A DNA stretch of 54,219 nucleotides, from IMG/VR virus record IMGVR_UViG_3300045257_000227, positions 1-54,219 of that record; one strand, given 5' to 3'. The notes beneath the pieces were generated by a model, which was given only the letters and a program-made list of their open reading frames with translations, made no database searches and was not told the DNA's origin. Shown piece by piece: positions 1 through 10,024 of this stretch (the stretch's first letter is position 1; every line of letters begins with the position of its first letter). This DNA is from a virus. Lineage: Duplodnaviria; Caudoviricetes. Both the position numbers and the translations under genes were made by a program.

Positions 1-253
1 TCGTCGGCGCGCGTCTGCATCCGCCGTTTCAACTCGTCGAGAGACGATTTTAGCTGTGTTTCCGGGTCGGTGACCGGAATTTGGAACTTGCGCTTGGCCT
101 CGTTCACCAGGCGGATCAGGCGGGATTCGTCGGCGCGCGTCTGCATCCGCCGTTTCAACTCGTCGAGAGACGATTTTAGCTGTGTTTCCGGGTCGGTGAC
201 CGGAATTTGGAACTTGCGCTTGGCCTCGTTCACCAGGCGGATCAGGCGGGATT
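1..253. repeat. Two overlapping exact copies (1-127, 127-253) of the 127-bp terminal sequence; probable assembly artefact
   Basis: Exact repeat with period 126 and identical to 54093-54219; 127 is a common assembler k-mer size. Confidence 0.9.
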
Positions 254-3200
254 CCTCGGCGGACGGCGTGCGCCGTTCCAGCCCCGTTTTCAACGGCGGT
301 TGACCGGCCTGCATATCCTCCAATTTGGCAACCTGTTGCATCTGCCCCTTGAGGTCGCGCACTTCCTTGGAAATCTCGTCTTTGGAAAGACGTTTGAAAT
401 TGCCGTAGCCGCTGATGGCGTCCATCGCATCCCGCCGGGTGATGGTCGGGTCGATGTCCAGCAAGACGCCGTGAACCGCGTCAATCAGTTCGTCCCGGTC
501 GGCAATGCCGTCCTCGACGAACAGCCGGGCAAGCCGCTGTACGAGGGGCGCAATCGCGTCGAGTGTGCCGCCGGCCAGCTTGTCACCAATCTTGTTGCTC
601 AAGTCCTCCTGCCGTTCCTTCACGGTCTTGGGTGCCTGTTGCGCGGCTTTGATTTTGGGGGCCGTGTACTTGCCAGCCACTTGTTCATTGAGTTCAGTCC
701 GGCGCTGTTCAGCCGCCTTCCAGATTTGAGTCAGGTGCTTTTTGATGTCCTCTCCAAGCTCGTCCACCATCTGTTTTGCCCAATCCGAACCGACAATCCC
801 CTTGATGATTTTAGCCGCTCCGTAACGGGCGTAATCAATCAAGTCCTCTGGCGGCAGGATGGTCAAACTGGCGTAGGTTCGACCTTCCTTGCGACGGGCC
901 TTGATACGGGCCAAGGCGTCTGACGCCTCTTTATCCGCGACTTGGATGATGCGGTCGGACAGCTTCCGCACGTTCGGCGGGAGCGTGACCGTCGTTTTGA
1001 AGATGTCATCCAGCGTCTTTTTGGCCTCCAACTCGCTAATTCGCTGATTCGTCCGATTTACATATTCGTCATGTTCCTTTTGTAGCTTGTCAATGTCCTC
1101 GTGCAACTGGCGTACTTCCTCAATCTGATCATCGGTCAGGGGTTTGCCGCCGTTGGCCGCGCGTTTGCCGGTTTCCATCGCCGCCAACGAGTAATCTTCG
1201 CGTGCCATCATCTTCCGGGCGTTCAAACCGCGCCCCGTCTCGGTGCCGACACGCTTGTTCACTTCGTAAATCTCGTAAAGCTGGTCCGCTGCCGCCGCCA
1301 CGCGCCCGCGCAGTTCTGCCGCGTCCGCCAGCCGGTTCGGGAAGTCCTTGCCGTCCTCGTAGGCGTAGGCCAAGTCCCGAGTGAGCTTCCCGTAATCGTT
1401 TTGGAGTTCAATTTGACGGTGCAGGAGCAACGCATCCTCAAAATCGGTCACCGCGCGTGGATTGGCCGAAAGCTCGGCAACCAGTTCGTCCTGGATGGCG
1501 GGATTCTGGTCAACCGCGGCCATTGCCTCGTCCCACACGCGGCCAAAGCCCCGGCGAGCCTGTTGCATGGCCGGGGGCAGCCCGCGCAAGGCACGCTCGC
1601 GCTCAACCGTGGCGTTCTTGATGCCGGTCGCGCCCGTCCATCCCGGTTGCTCCTCCTCGGCACTTGGCGTCATGGCACCCATGCTCGGGCCAAGGTTCTT
1701 TTTACTCCGGGTCTTGTTGTTCGAGTCGGAAACGTTACTTTGCGCTGCTTCACCGGTTACTTCGGGCCGAAAAGGTGATTTGGTGATGTCCCGTATTGCG
1801 TCCGCTACCTTTTCCAGCTTGTTTTCTTCGATGGTGACTTCCATCCGGTTACCGACTTTGGTGAAATCACCGGTGAGCCGGACAAGTTTCGGGTCGAGGA
1901 AGATTGAACCGCCGGTACGCCGCGCCGCGCCGGTCTTGACCAAATAACCGCTGCCCGAACGGGATGGCGTGATACTGACGATACCCCCGGACGTGACAGA
2001 GTGCGGGTTGTAACGGTTGACGTGGTTCGTCAGGTAATGTTTTACGGCCGCACCGCTGGTCAAATCCAAGCGGGGGTCGCTGGCAAGGTTCTCCGGTCCC
2101 CAGTTCTTCGGCATGAGCAACCCGGTGATGGTTGAACCGTCATGCGACTGAAAACGTACCATCTTGCCGCGTCCGCCGGTCGCGGTGTAGCCGCGTATCG
2201 GGTTGCCGACGACAAAGTAACGGTCATACCGTGCGCCCTTGCGTCCGCCGGCCAAATCTTCGGGCTTGGCGTCACTGGGTTCGATGCTCCATTTCTCCGG
2301 GTTGAACATGCTGCCGGTCAAATGAGCGATACCGCCAGGAGCGTCTATCATGAAGGTGAACCGGAAAGCCGACGGCGCAAGCCGGTTGCTGTTCGGCGGG
2401 GTGAACTTCACCAGCATGGCGTCAAAGCTCTCGCCGGTTTCCTTGTCGGATAGGTTGACCACTTTGCCAGCCGTTCGGGTGATTTCGCCGACGAGGGACA
2501 TTGTTCTGTCCCGCCAGCGTTGCACCGCCTCGTCATGCGTGCGGATTGCATTCTCGGCTTTAACCTTTTCTATGTCCGTCTTGGCCTCGGCCAACTTCTG
2601 TTGCAAGTCCGTCGAACGCTGGTCTAGCCGTGCGTTGGCTTGGGTCGAAAAGTTATCGAACTCAGCCTGTAACTTCTCCGGGGTGCCGTGGTTCTTGGCT
2701 AGTTCTCTGGACATTTCCGCGCCGCTTGGGACATGCCGGTTGTCCTGCACGTTCCATTGTTGCAACCGGACGCTGGCCGTGAAGATGTTGCTCTCGTCGG
2801 TGCCCGGTGAAAGTTCCTCGTCGGTGCTTCGGATGCCGTCCCAATCGTCGTGGGTGACAATCTCCAAATCGTACTCGCCGGTGTTCTTCAACTGCTGGAT
2901 CAGTTCGCGGTAGGCCGGAATGATGTACTCGTAAGCCTCTTTCTGCCACGCATCGGGCATCCTGGCCATGCGCCCGGTAAATGTGCGGGCCAAGTCCTTT
3001 TTGACTTCCGGGCTCCCGTCCTGCTTGTGCTCAACCTGCAAATCCAGCATGTCCTGCAAGTCCTGCCGTTGGTCGAGGTAATCCGCCACAACCGCATCGC
3101 CGTACTTGTTCAAAAAGTCCTCGGATTCAATCTTGATGGCGTTGTCAGCTTCCGCCGTGGTGTTGGCGTTGAGCGATTTCATTTTGCGCGCGGCCATCGC

Positions 3201-6200
3201 CGCCGGACGCAGTTCCGCCTGCAACGGCAACACGAGATGCGAATACTTAGCGCCGTAGGGCTGGCCGGCCTCGTCCTTACCCTTCATCACCAAGCCGGTT
3301 CGGAAGATGCGCCCGAGCGTTTGGACGAAAGTATTGATGTCCGCCGCCGGCTGCGCGATGAGCATGTGCCGGGGTTTCTGGTCTTTGAACTTCTCGCTGG
3401 CGTGGGCGCTCAAGCCGGTCGAGCCTGACGCATTGAGCAACATCCCGTCGTAAGCGCCGCTGTTGAAACCATTGACCACCTTGTTTTTCTTGGCCGACGG
3501 GAAACGGGTGTAAGTGCCGATACCCTGCTCAAAGTCGGTGTAATTGATACCGCTTTGGCGTCCGGTCAATTCCACCATCTTGACGCCCGCCTTGTTCAAT
3601 TTCTGGATGATGTAATCAATCGGCGAGACGGGAAATTTGCTCTCGATGCCTTTGGCGATTTCTTCAATCTGGTGATATTGGCTTTCCAACACCGGGCCAA
3701 GGTTGGCCGGGTCCATCTGCCGGACAATGGTATCGCCGTTGGGTAGCTCCTCGGAAATACGGAGTGTTCGCGCCAGCGCATGAGCTAAAAGCTCATTCCA
3801 ACGGATTTGCAGCGTGTCACCGGCCTTCATGCCCCTGTCTTGGGCGTAATGGTCAAGAAAACTCTCCATCGTGTTCATCAGGGCGATGACAGGCTTTTCG
3901 CCGCGCTTGTGCGCCGCGATGGCTTCCTCGACAACTGCATCGGCCTTGGCTGCGAGCAACAGTTGACCTATTTGATTGTGGACGATGGACGCGAAATCGG
4001 TCATGGCAATCTGTCCCTCGGTCATCGCCGTTGATCCCTCCTGAGATTCCCGCACGCCTTTGCTGAACTCCACGAGTTGTTGCAGCACGTCCGTTACTTG
4101 GTCTATGTGGTCAACCAGTTCCGCCTCGTCCGCCACTTGCACCGGCAACATCTTGTAGGACACGCCGGTAAATTCGCGCTCGCGCCGCGTGTATTGGCCG
4201 GCCTTCGCCAGTGCTTCGGACACCGCCTGTTGCAACGCCACGCCGCCGCGCTTCATGGCGTCCACAATCTGCCCAAACGAGTCCGCCGCCTTTTTTAACG
4301 CCGTGCGGAAGTAAACCGGCATGTTCTCCGGGCGTTTGGCGTAGGTCGCCGACAGATAGGCCACGCCGCCGCCGCGCTCGGTTTTTGTGCCCGACGCATT
4401 GAGCAACCCAGGCACGTTGACAAACTCGATGTTCGACCCCGAACCGCGCTTCACCCTGCCGCCTTGAAAGAAAGCCGCCTGCATGGACGTTTCGGCATCG
4501 CCCGCCGCGTCGTGCGCCTCGTCCATCACGAGGACGACGGGATTGCTGTCCGTCAGCCGTTCCAGAAACAACTGCCGCGCGTTGCGCGTGTTGATTTGTG
4601 AGTAAGTGGCGAATATCGCGTTGTACCCCGTCTCGGTCAGCCCGTTTTGTAGAATGTTTGCAATGCTTTCGTCCTGCAATTTCTTCGACGGCGAGCGGTG
4701 AATAACGTTGCCTTCAGTGTCAACGATGTGCGCCTTGGTAGAGTCACCGAGGATGAACGGCTTGAGCGTAGTCGAAAGCTGTTGCGGCGTTTGTTCCAGC
4801 AAATCACCCATGTCCCCGTACATGTCGCTGAATAGCTTCGGGTCTTTCGTGAAGAAAACAGGTATGGCGCCGTTCTTCATGGCGTACCAGAGGACCGCCG
4901 CGGCCTGACGCCCTTTGCCGATGCCGGTTTGGTCGCCGATGATGGTCGCGCCGTCGTGCTTCATCTGGTCAATCGCCATTGCCGCGCCGTCCACCTGCTC
5001 GCCGGAAAGAACACGCTTCAATTGTTCAACGGGTAGCTCAAGCTCTTTGGCGAGAAAGTCGTCTAACGGGCCGACGCGCGTTTTCAGGTCGTCGAGGTAG
5101 GCATGAACACCGGGAGCGATGGATTTGGGGATGAGCGTGCCGAAAGCGGGTGCCGTGCTGCGCGGTTCATAGGCAACTTGATATTCGGTGCCTTTGACCA
5201 GTGGCGGTTCTTTTACGTCGGGCTCCGGTGCGGGTGCGGTTTTCTTTTCCTCCAAATAATGTTTGAGATACGGCTTGATGGCATCGCTGTAACTGTTGAG
5301 AAGGAACTGGGCGTATTCCTTGAGGGATTTACCGGCCTTTTGGAATTGCTTCCACGCCTCATCGAAATGGGGCTTTGCCTCGGCGTAGGTTTTCTCGTCG
5401 AAACCTGGGGTGAGTGCGCCAAGGCGTGTTTTGCTGCCAAACAGTTTGTTCAGTCCGGTCATCGCCTCGTCCACGCCCGCAACGCCGTGCTTGGCCGCTT
5501 CACGGATGATGTCCGTTGCGCCTTTTTTTGGGGCAACTTCAAATTCGGGCCGACGAGTTTCGGACTTTGCCGTGACAACACCTTCACGAGTCGGGATGAT
5601 TCGTACTGGTTCCGTGACCCTCACGTTGCCTTCAACGTATGACCTAACTCCGTTTTCATCCTCGTAAACATCTTGCCCTTCGGTATTTTGTCCAACGAGC
5701 TTGCGCTTTGAACGGGATTCTACGTTTTTTGTATTGGCCGCGCTCGCATCTTCAATCAGCGCGTCAATGTCATCCAACTCGGCAAGCTGTTTGTCGATCA
5801 GAGAAACCGGCTTAGAAACGATTCCAGACTCAGCGCCTTTGCCTCCTCCTGCGCCTCGTTCTCCGGTGCTGGCGGGAGCTGCACCGCCTCCGCCATCCCC
5901 GCTTTCCACTCCGCCAACTGGCTGTTTATCTCCGCCGGTTGCATTATCAGGGCGTTCGCCAGCCGCGGGCTTTGGAACTTGTCCGGCGGCAGGTTTTGCA
6001 GGTTCTCGAACGGCAGGTTGTTCTCCAACTGGCGGTCGGCTGACTCCTTTTCCTCCGGGCTTGCCTCCCCGATCAGGCGTCGGAGCAATTCCACTTGGAG
6101 GACGCGCAGCACTTCCGCTGACTTCGGCGGGTTCCCGCTCTGTTGGAGGACGCACAGGTACTCGGGGTGTTCCGCCGGCATCCACGGCTTTTCGTTGGGA

Positions 6201-8912
6201 TTCAATTTCATTGCGTATCCTTTCACTTTCGTTCCAGACTTCGCCCCAGGTGTTGAAGCGGGTCACTTGCTCCGGGCTGTACTCGCCGGGCTTCAAAGGT
6301 TCAGCGCGCCGGCCATTTACCACGAGAATTCGGACAGGGAACTTTGCCCCCTGATTGGCGTACAAATCGCCGTTCACTTCAAAATTGCCGACAACGTTGT
6401 AATGCGAGTACAGGTAGTTTTCAAATACCCGCTGTGCACCGCGTCCGGTCTTGGAAGAATGAAGGCCAGCACCGAGGATCATGTATCCGGCGCCGTCGTC
6501 CTTCATGGCGTCGAGGGCTTTGGCCGAAATCAGGTGTTCGAGGCGTTTGATACCGTAGCCGCCGATGTTTTGATTGTCGGAAGGACCGAAAGGCGGGTTC
6601 GTGTGGACGCGGGAGAACTGGCCTTTGGGTCGGAACTTGGTCGCGTCCTCGCCGGTCACGGTTTTCACCCCGTTTTTCTTCAATTCGGCAATGCGCTCTG
6701 GGTTTTTCTCGTTGGCCGCTGACTTGCCATGTTCGCCGCCAATCATCAAAGCGCCGTTACCCGCTGTCGGCTCGTAAATGTCCTGGCCTTCGCTGCCGAC
6801 GGCATGGTTCAGGGCGTAGGCGAGCGGGACCGGAGTCGAATATGCCTGGTCCTGCATACTCGTGGATGTGCGCCCGGAGAATCGAGGCTGATTCCTGTAA
6901 AGCTCCGTCAGGTGGTCAAATTTCTGTTGCGGGGTGATGTCGGGTTGTTTGGCAATGCGGTCGGCATGACGTACAAGCTCGGCCTCGACGGTTTCTTGCA
7001 TGGCCTTGGTCGTGACGCCCCGACGGTCGGCCATGTTCTTCATGAGCGCGGCTTTGGCGATGCCCGAGGCAGGGGACAGGATCAAATCGGATATTTCGGG
7101 GTCAAGTCCTTCCGGGGTTTTTGGAGGAGTGACCGGCGGTTTGGCCTTTGCTGGTTCTGGAATTGGGTCTTCTGGAAGTCCCATTTCCTTTTTCAATTGA
7201 TTGTCTTTTTTGAGCTTCTCTTGTTTGGCCTTTATTTCCTCATCAGTCATGTCCCTGACAGAAATTTCCACTTCGTTTTTTGAACCGTCCAAGATTTCAC
7301 CGTACGTTTTGACTCGGTACTCTGACGGCTGCGTAACGGTGTTTTGGCCGTTCACTGAAACCACTTTTGCAGCGTCACCTTCGTCGTAAGTATCCCCGAC
7401 ACGTTTCCCGTTCGCTGTTTGAGTCCAGTTCTTTACGGTGTTTCCCGACTTGGTGTTTCTCAGAGTAAATTTTGCGCCGCTTTCGTGGGTTTGTTCCTCG
7501 TCCGGTTTGATTTCGGTAGCAGGTTTTTCAACTTTCGGCGCTTCCTCGGAGATTATTGGAAATGGTGCCTTGAAATCAGGATTGCGCCGGAGCATTTCTT
7601 CCCCACCGCTGCCGGTTCCGGTCGCTGCTTCATATGCCTCTCGAAAGAACTGTGGCTTGGTAGCCAACTGCATCGCCGCGTTCATGTCACCAGATTCTAG
7701 CTTCTGCTTAAAAGCGGTGGATGCTGCTTGTTGATGGTCTTTCAACGCCTGTAATTCCTCAGGTGTCTTGATGGACAACCCGAGGCGGTAAGCCGCGTTC
7801 GTAAGTCCGCCTGTCTCGGCTCGGGTGAACTTGTAAAATTGGTCGCCATCCATCGCCAGAACGGATTGCATTTGTTTTACTGATTCCGGTAAATCCGCCT
7901 CCGCTTGGGTCGGCTTCGTTTCATCCGGTGCCGATTTCGTTCCACTTTCGGGGGCAACCGTTTCAGAAACAGGGGCAACCGTTTCAGGCGACTGCTCCGG
8001 CGGTCGAAATCCTCTCGGCGTTTGGTACACCCCTTCCGGCGGGGTCTGACGCGGTACTGTCTCGGTCCTGGCCGCCGGTTCGGAGTCCAAAAATTCACCG
8101 GCATCGACGTTTTTGGCGAGTTCCTTCGCCGCCGCGTCCAGCCGCTTTTCTTTCAGGACCGTTATCGGCGCTCGCTCATCTACCTTGTGCGCTCCCCCCA
8201 AAATACCCATCAGGACCGCATTGGCCGCGGCGTCCTCAATGGCCGTGTCCCGTTCTGCGCCGGGAGTCATCTGTGAAATCTGGTAAACCGACGGCGCCGA
8301 TATAATCGTGGCTACGCCGCCGGCGCCGCCCGCCCGGTCAATCAGTTCCAGTGCCTTGTCCGACGTGATGCCCGCCTTTTCCGCCACTTTCGCCGCCACT
8401 TTTCCAGCGAACTTTCCCGCATACGGCGCAATCATCGCCGTGGCCGCTTGCACGGGGTCAAACCCCTCTTTGTTGAAGCCAAACGACGCCGCGCCGACGA
8501 CCGGCAAGACGGCGGTTGCCGCCAACTGGGGAGCACTGGCTATTGTGCTGGCTCCTACGCCTGCCGCTGCACGCGGGATGAGCGGTAACGACTGGCGCGC
8601 TTCTTCCCAAGGCGACGTATCCAACAGGTTTACGTCCTCAAGTGCCTTTTTGGTTTCCGGCGGGAGATTAGCCTCGGCGGTAGATTTGATTTCCTGCTTG
8701 GCAAGGTCAAGATTGCCCGTTGAGAGCAATGTTCCCGCCTTTACCAAACCGGAAATAAGTTCGCCGCTGCGCGTGAAGGCGTCGCCGATTGTGGTAGTGA
8801 CCTTGTGTAACCCGTGAGGCTCGTTTGGGTCGTCAAAATCCGATTCGTCGAACTTCAAAGGCGCTGCGGCCTGTGGTTCAGCAAAGTCATCCTCTGTGAA
8901 TGTCAGCGGCAT
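1..8912 (-). CDS. Giant DarB-like polyvalent virion protein, 5' part (N6-adenine MTase + strawberry-notch SF2 helicase); continues across the junction into 52589-54092, ~3429 aa in total
   Basis: Manual translation from ATG 8912 (MPLTFTEDDF...). MTase motif I YEPTAGNGAL at ~6750-6776 and NPPF at 6588-6599. Walker A GDQTGIGKGR at ~4908-4937, DEAH at 4512-4523, then LSATYAK, GSTGLSAHAS and QTFGRIFRTG. Same frame as ORF 52589..54199 after circularisation. Omitted from the ORF track because it runs off the edge. Confidence 0.9.
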   Translation of the reverse strand, partial: MPLTFTEDDFAEPQAAAPLKFDESDFDDPNEPHGLHKVTTTIGDAFTRSGELISGLVKAGTLLSTGNLDLAKQEIKSTAEANLPPETKKALEDVNLLDTSPWEEARQSLPLIPRAAAGVGASTIASAPQLAATAVLPVVGAASFGFNKEGFDPVQAATAMIAPYAGKFAGKVAAKVAEKAGITSDKALELIDRAGGAGGVATIISAPSVYQISQMTPGAERDTAIEDAAANAVLMGILGGAHKVDERAPITVLKEKRLDAAAKELAKNVDAGEFLDSEPAARTETVPRQTPPEGVYQTPRGFRPPEQSPETVAPVSETVAPESGTKSAPDETKPTQAEADLPESVKQMQSVLAMDGDQFYKFTRAETGGLTNAAYRLGLSIKTPEELQALKDHQQAASTAFKQKLESGDMNAAMQLATKPQFFREAYEAATGTGSGGEEMLRRNPDFKAPFPIISEEAPKVEKPATEIKPDEEQTHESGAKFTLRNTKSGNTVKNWTQTANGKRVGDTYDEGDAAKVVSVNGQNTVTQPSEYRVKTYGEILDGSKNEVEISVRDMTDEEIKAKQEKLKKDNQLKKEMGLPEDPIPEPAKAKPPVTPPKTPEGLDPEISDLILSPASGIAKAALMKNMADRRGVTTKAMQETVEAELVRHADRIAKQPDITPQQKFDHLTELYRNQPRFSGRTSTSMQDQAYSTPVPLAYALNHAVGSEGQDIYEPTAGNGALMIGGEHGKSAANEKNPERIAELKKNGVKTVTGEDATKFRPKGQFSRVHTNPPFGPSDNQNIGGYGIKRLEHLISAKALDAMKDDGAGYMILGAGLHSSKTGRGAQRVFENYLYSHYNVVGNFEVNGDLYANQGAKFPVRILVVNGRRAEPLKPGEYSPEQVTRFNTWGEVWNESERIRNEIESQRKAVDAGGTPRVPVRPPTEREPAEVSGSAARPPSGIAPTPDRGGKPGGKGVSRPPVGEQPAVREPAKPAAGQVPKPAAGERPDNATGGDKQPVGGVESGDGGGGAAPASTGERGAGGGKGAESGIVSKPVSLIDKQLAELDDIDALIEDASAANTKNVESRSKRKLVGQNTEGQDVYEDENGVRSYVEGNVRVTEPVRIIPTREGVVTAKSETRRPEFEVAPKKGATDIIREAAKHGVAGVDEAMTGLNKLFGSKTRLGALTPGFDEKTYAEAKPHFDEAWKQFQKAGKSLKEYAQFLLNSYSDAIKPYLKHYLEEKKTAPAPEPDVKEPPLVKGTEYQVAYEPRSTAPAFGTLIPKSIAPGVHAYLDDLKTRVGPLDDFLAKELELPVEQLKRVLSGEQVDGAAMAIDQMKHDGATIIGDQTGIGKGRQAAAVLWYAMKNGAIPVFFTKDPKLFSDMYGDMGDLLEQTPQQLSTTLKPFILGDSTKAHIVDTEGNVIHRSPSKKLQDESIANILQNGLTETGYNAIFATYSQINTRNARQLFLERLTDSNPVVLVMDEAHDAAGDAETSMQAAFFQGGRVKRGSGSNIEFVNVPGLLNASGTKTERGGGVAYLSATYAKRPENMPVYFRTALKKAADSFGQIVDAMKRGGVALQQAVSEALAKAGQYTRREREFTGVSYKMLPVQVADEAELVDHIDQVTDVLQQLVEFSKGVRESQEGSTAMTEGQIAMTDFASIVHNQIGQLLLAAKADAVVEEAIAAHKRGEKPVIALMNTMESFLDHYAQDRGMKAGDTLQIRWNELLAHALARTLRISEELPNGDTIVRQMDPANLGPVLESQYHQIEEIAKGIESKFPVSPIDYIIQKLNKAGVKMVELTGRQSGINYTDFEQGIGTYTRFPSAKKNKVVNGFNSGAYDGMLLNASGSTGLSAHASEKFKDQKPRHMLIAQPAADINTFVQTLGRIFRTGLVMKGKDEAGQPYGAKYSHLVLPLQAELRPAAMAARKMKSLNANTTAEADNAIKIESEDFLNKYGDAVVADYLDQRQDLQDMLDLQVEHKQDGSPEVKKDLARTFTGRMARMPDAWQKEAYEYIIPAYRELIQQLKNTGEYDLEIVTHDDWDGIRSTDEELSPGTDESNIFTASVRLQQWNVQDNRHVPSGAEMSRELAKNHGTPEKLQAEFDNFSTQANARLDQRSTDLQQKLAEAKTDIEKVKAENAIRTHDEAVQRWRDRTMSLVGEITRTAGKVVNLSDKETGESFDAMLVKFTPPNSNRLAPSAFRFTFMIDAPGGIAHLTGSMFNPEKWSIEPSDAKPEDLAGGRKGARYDRYFVVGNPIRGYTATGGRGKMVRFQSHDGSTITGLLMPKNWGPENLASDPRLDLTSGAAVKHYLTNHVNRYNPHSVTSGGIVSITPSRSGSGYLVKTGAARRTGGSIFLDPKLVRLTGDFTKVGNRMEVTIEENKLEKVADAIRDITKSPFRPEVTGEAAQSNVSDSNNKTRSKKNLGPSMGAMTPSAEEEQPGWTGATGIKNATVERERALRGLPPAMQQARRGFGRVWDEAMAAVDQNPAIQDELVAELSANPRAVTDFEDALLLHRQIELQNDYGKLTRDLAYAYEDGKDFPNRLADAAELRGRVAAAADQLYEIYEVNKRVGTETGRGLNARKMMAREDYSLAAMETGKRAANGGKPLTDDQIEEVRQLHEDIDKLQKEHDEYVNRTNQRISELEAKKTLDDIFKTTVTLPPNVRKLSDRIIQVADKEASDALARIKARRKEGRTYASLTILPPEDLIDYARYGAAKIIKGIVGSDWAKQMVDELGEDIKKHLTQIWKAAEQRRTELNEQVAGKYTAPKIKAAQQAPKTVKERQEDLSNKIGDKLAGGTLDAIAPLVQRLARLFVEDGIADRDELIDAVHGVLLDIDPTITRRDAMDAISGYGNFKRLSKDEISKEVRDLKGQMQQVAKLEDMQAGQPPLKTGLERRTPSAEESRLIRLVNEAKRKFQIPVTDPETQLKSSLDELKRRMQTRADESRLIRLVNEAKRKFQIPVTDPETQLKSSLDELKRRMQTRAD
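5798..6211 (-). CDS. Overprinted hypothetical protein (137 aa) nested in an alternative frame of the giant gene
   Basis: GAAAGGA RBS 6 nt before ATG 6211. Acidic, helical-looking sequence, while the host frame here is a G/P/A/R-rich linker. Confidence 0.6.
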   Translation of the reverse strand: MKLNPNEKPWMPAEHPEYLCVLQQSGNPPKSAEVLRVLQVELLRRLIGEASPEEKESADRQLENNLPFENLQNLPPDKFQSPRLANALIMQPAEINSQLAEWKAGMAEAVQLPPAPENEAQEEAKALSLESFLSRFL

Positions 8913-8925
8913 TTCGTTCGCTGGC

Positions 8926-9855
8926 TTATTCCGCGCCTTTTAATTTACCTTGAACCGCCAAAATGACTTGGGCTTTCGACCAATCCGGGTGATCGGCGGC
9001 AATCTTTTGGGCGAGTGATACCTTGTCCTTTTTGGTCATGTCCTCTGGCGGTGCCGAAAACGAGACGCGCGCCGGGCTGTTGGTTATCTGGTTTTCCAGT
9101 TGCCCAATCCGCGCCGCTTTGTCCGGCTCCATCTCCGGGGGCACCTTGCTCGAAAACAGTTTGGACACCTGAGCTCGTAAAACATCGGGGGATGCCGCTT
9201 TTTCTGCTAACTTTTCAGCGGCAGTCTTTTCGTGCAAGGCTTGCGTCGCCGTGGTTTGATCATGGTTCAACGCCGAATTATACCGCGCATTCCACCGGGT
9301 TGAATACCCAGGCATTGAGAGCAACAAAGGATACGATTCGATTACCTTACGGACAGGTTTACCCCCGGCAATGTCAGACAGGGCGCTTTGTTCGTCCTGT
9401 TGCGCCTCGTATTGATGCTCCGGGCTCGCCGCAAACTGTTGTTGGATAGTCAGCTTCTTTTTCTCCGGCAAACTAGCCGCCGCAATCCATTTTTCTTCCG
9501 CCGGTTTGAGGAAAATCTTGCCCGCGTCGGCTGGCTTATACCCGCTGTTTACGCCTTTCAAATAAGCCGCCTGTGCCGCATCCAGTTCTTTCGCTGCGCC
9601 CGGCTTCATCGCGTCGGGCACGTCTTTCAACACTTCCCACTTATCCCGCACGGGCGACAGGTAAAGTTTGTCCGCGTCGTCCTCGTTGTAACCGGAGTTG
9701 ATGCCGGCGCGGTAACGCTGTTGGGCCATGTCCCATTCGTTTTGAAACTGTTGTTCTGGCGACGAGGGCGCGGTCGGTTGCTGCGGCGTCGAGTCCCGAA
9801 AGGAGAACGTGCTTGGATCTCCGGCACCGGACAAGATGAGGGGTTGGGCAGGCAT
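8926..9855 (-). CDS. Putative internal virion/ejection protein
   Basis: 309-aa Ala/Lys/Gln-rich helical ORF with an internal repeat (Y..G.NSGY...DA.K..L.P...KW), directly upstream of the giant gene. Confidence 0.6.
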   Translation of the reverse strand: MPAQPLILSGAGDPSTFSFRDSTPQQPTAPSSPEQQFQNEWDMAQQRYRAGINSGYNEDDADKLYLSPVRDKWEVLKDVPDAMKPGAAKELDAAQAAYLKGVNSGYKPADAGKIFLKPAEEKWIAAASLPEKKKLTIQQQFAASPEHQYEAQQDEQSALSDIAGGKPVRKVIESYPLLLSMPGYSTRWNARYNSALNHDQTTATQALHEKTAAEKLAEKAASPDVLRAQVSKLFSSKVPPEMEPDKAARIGQLENQITNSPARVSFSAPPEDMTKKDKVSLAQKIAADHPDWSKAQVILAVQGKLKGAE

Positions 9856-9856
9856 A

Positions 9857-10021
9857 TTACCTATTTTGTATGCGAACGTTTTTCCACACTATGCACAATG
9901 AAGCAATGATTGTGGCTTCAAGGTTGGTTACGGTTATAAAATTTGGAATAATTCGGCCAAAGAACACGAAAAAAAACATCGGCCACAAATAAACCAGATA
10001 TTTATCTAGGTAGGTTTGCAT
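9857..10021 (-). CDS. Small AT-rich membrane protein (54 aa), possible superinfection exclusion
   Basis: MQTYLDKYLVYLWPMFFFVFFGRIIPNFITVTNLEATIIASLCIVWKNVRIQNR. Fills the gap exactly (3 nt after the upstream stop, 1 nt before the next ATG) and has two hydrophobic stretches. Confidence 0.55.
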   Translation of the reverse strand: MQTYLDKYLVYLWPMFFFVFFGRIIPNFITVTNLEATIIASLCIVWKNVRIQNR

Positions 10022-10024
10022 TTT

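Noticed and set aside
1-253. 126-bp in-frame tandem duplication or biological terminal repeats
   Set aside because: The copies are exactly 127 bp, lie in the middle of a gene and sit at contig ends, which is typical of k-mer overlap. Reads would be needed to claim otherwise.
207-8817. Many long plus-strand ORFs
   Set aside because: These are antisense shadows of the GC-rich giant gene and have no motifs. The same applies to plus-strand ORFs opposite MCP, portal, GTs and ATP-grasp.
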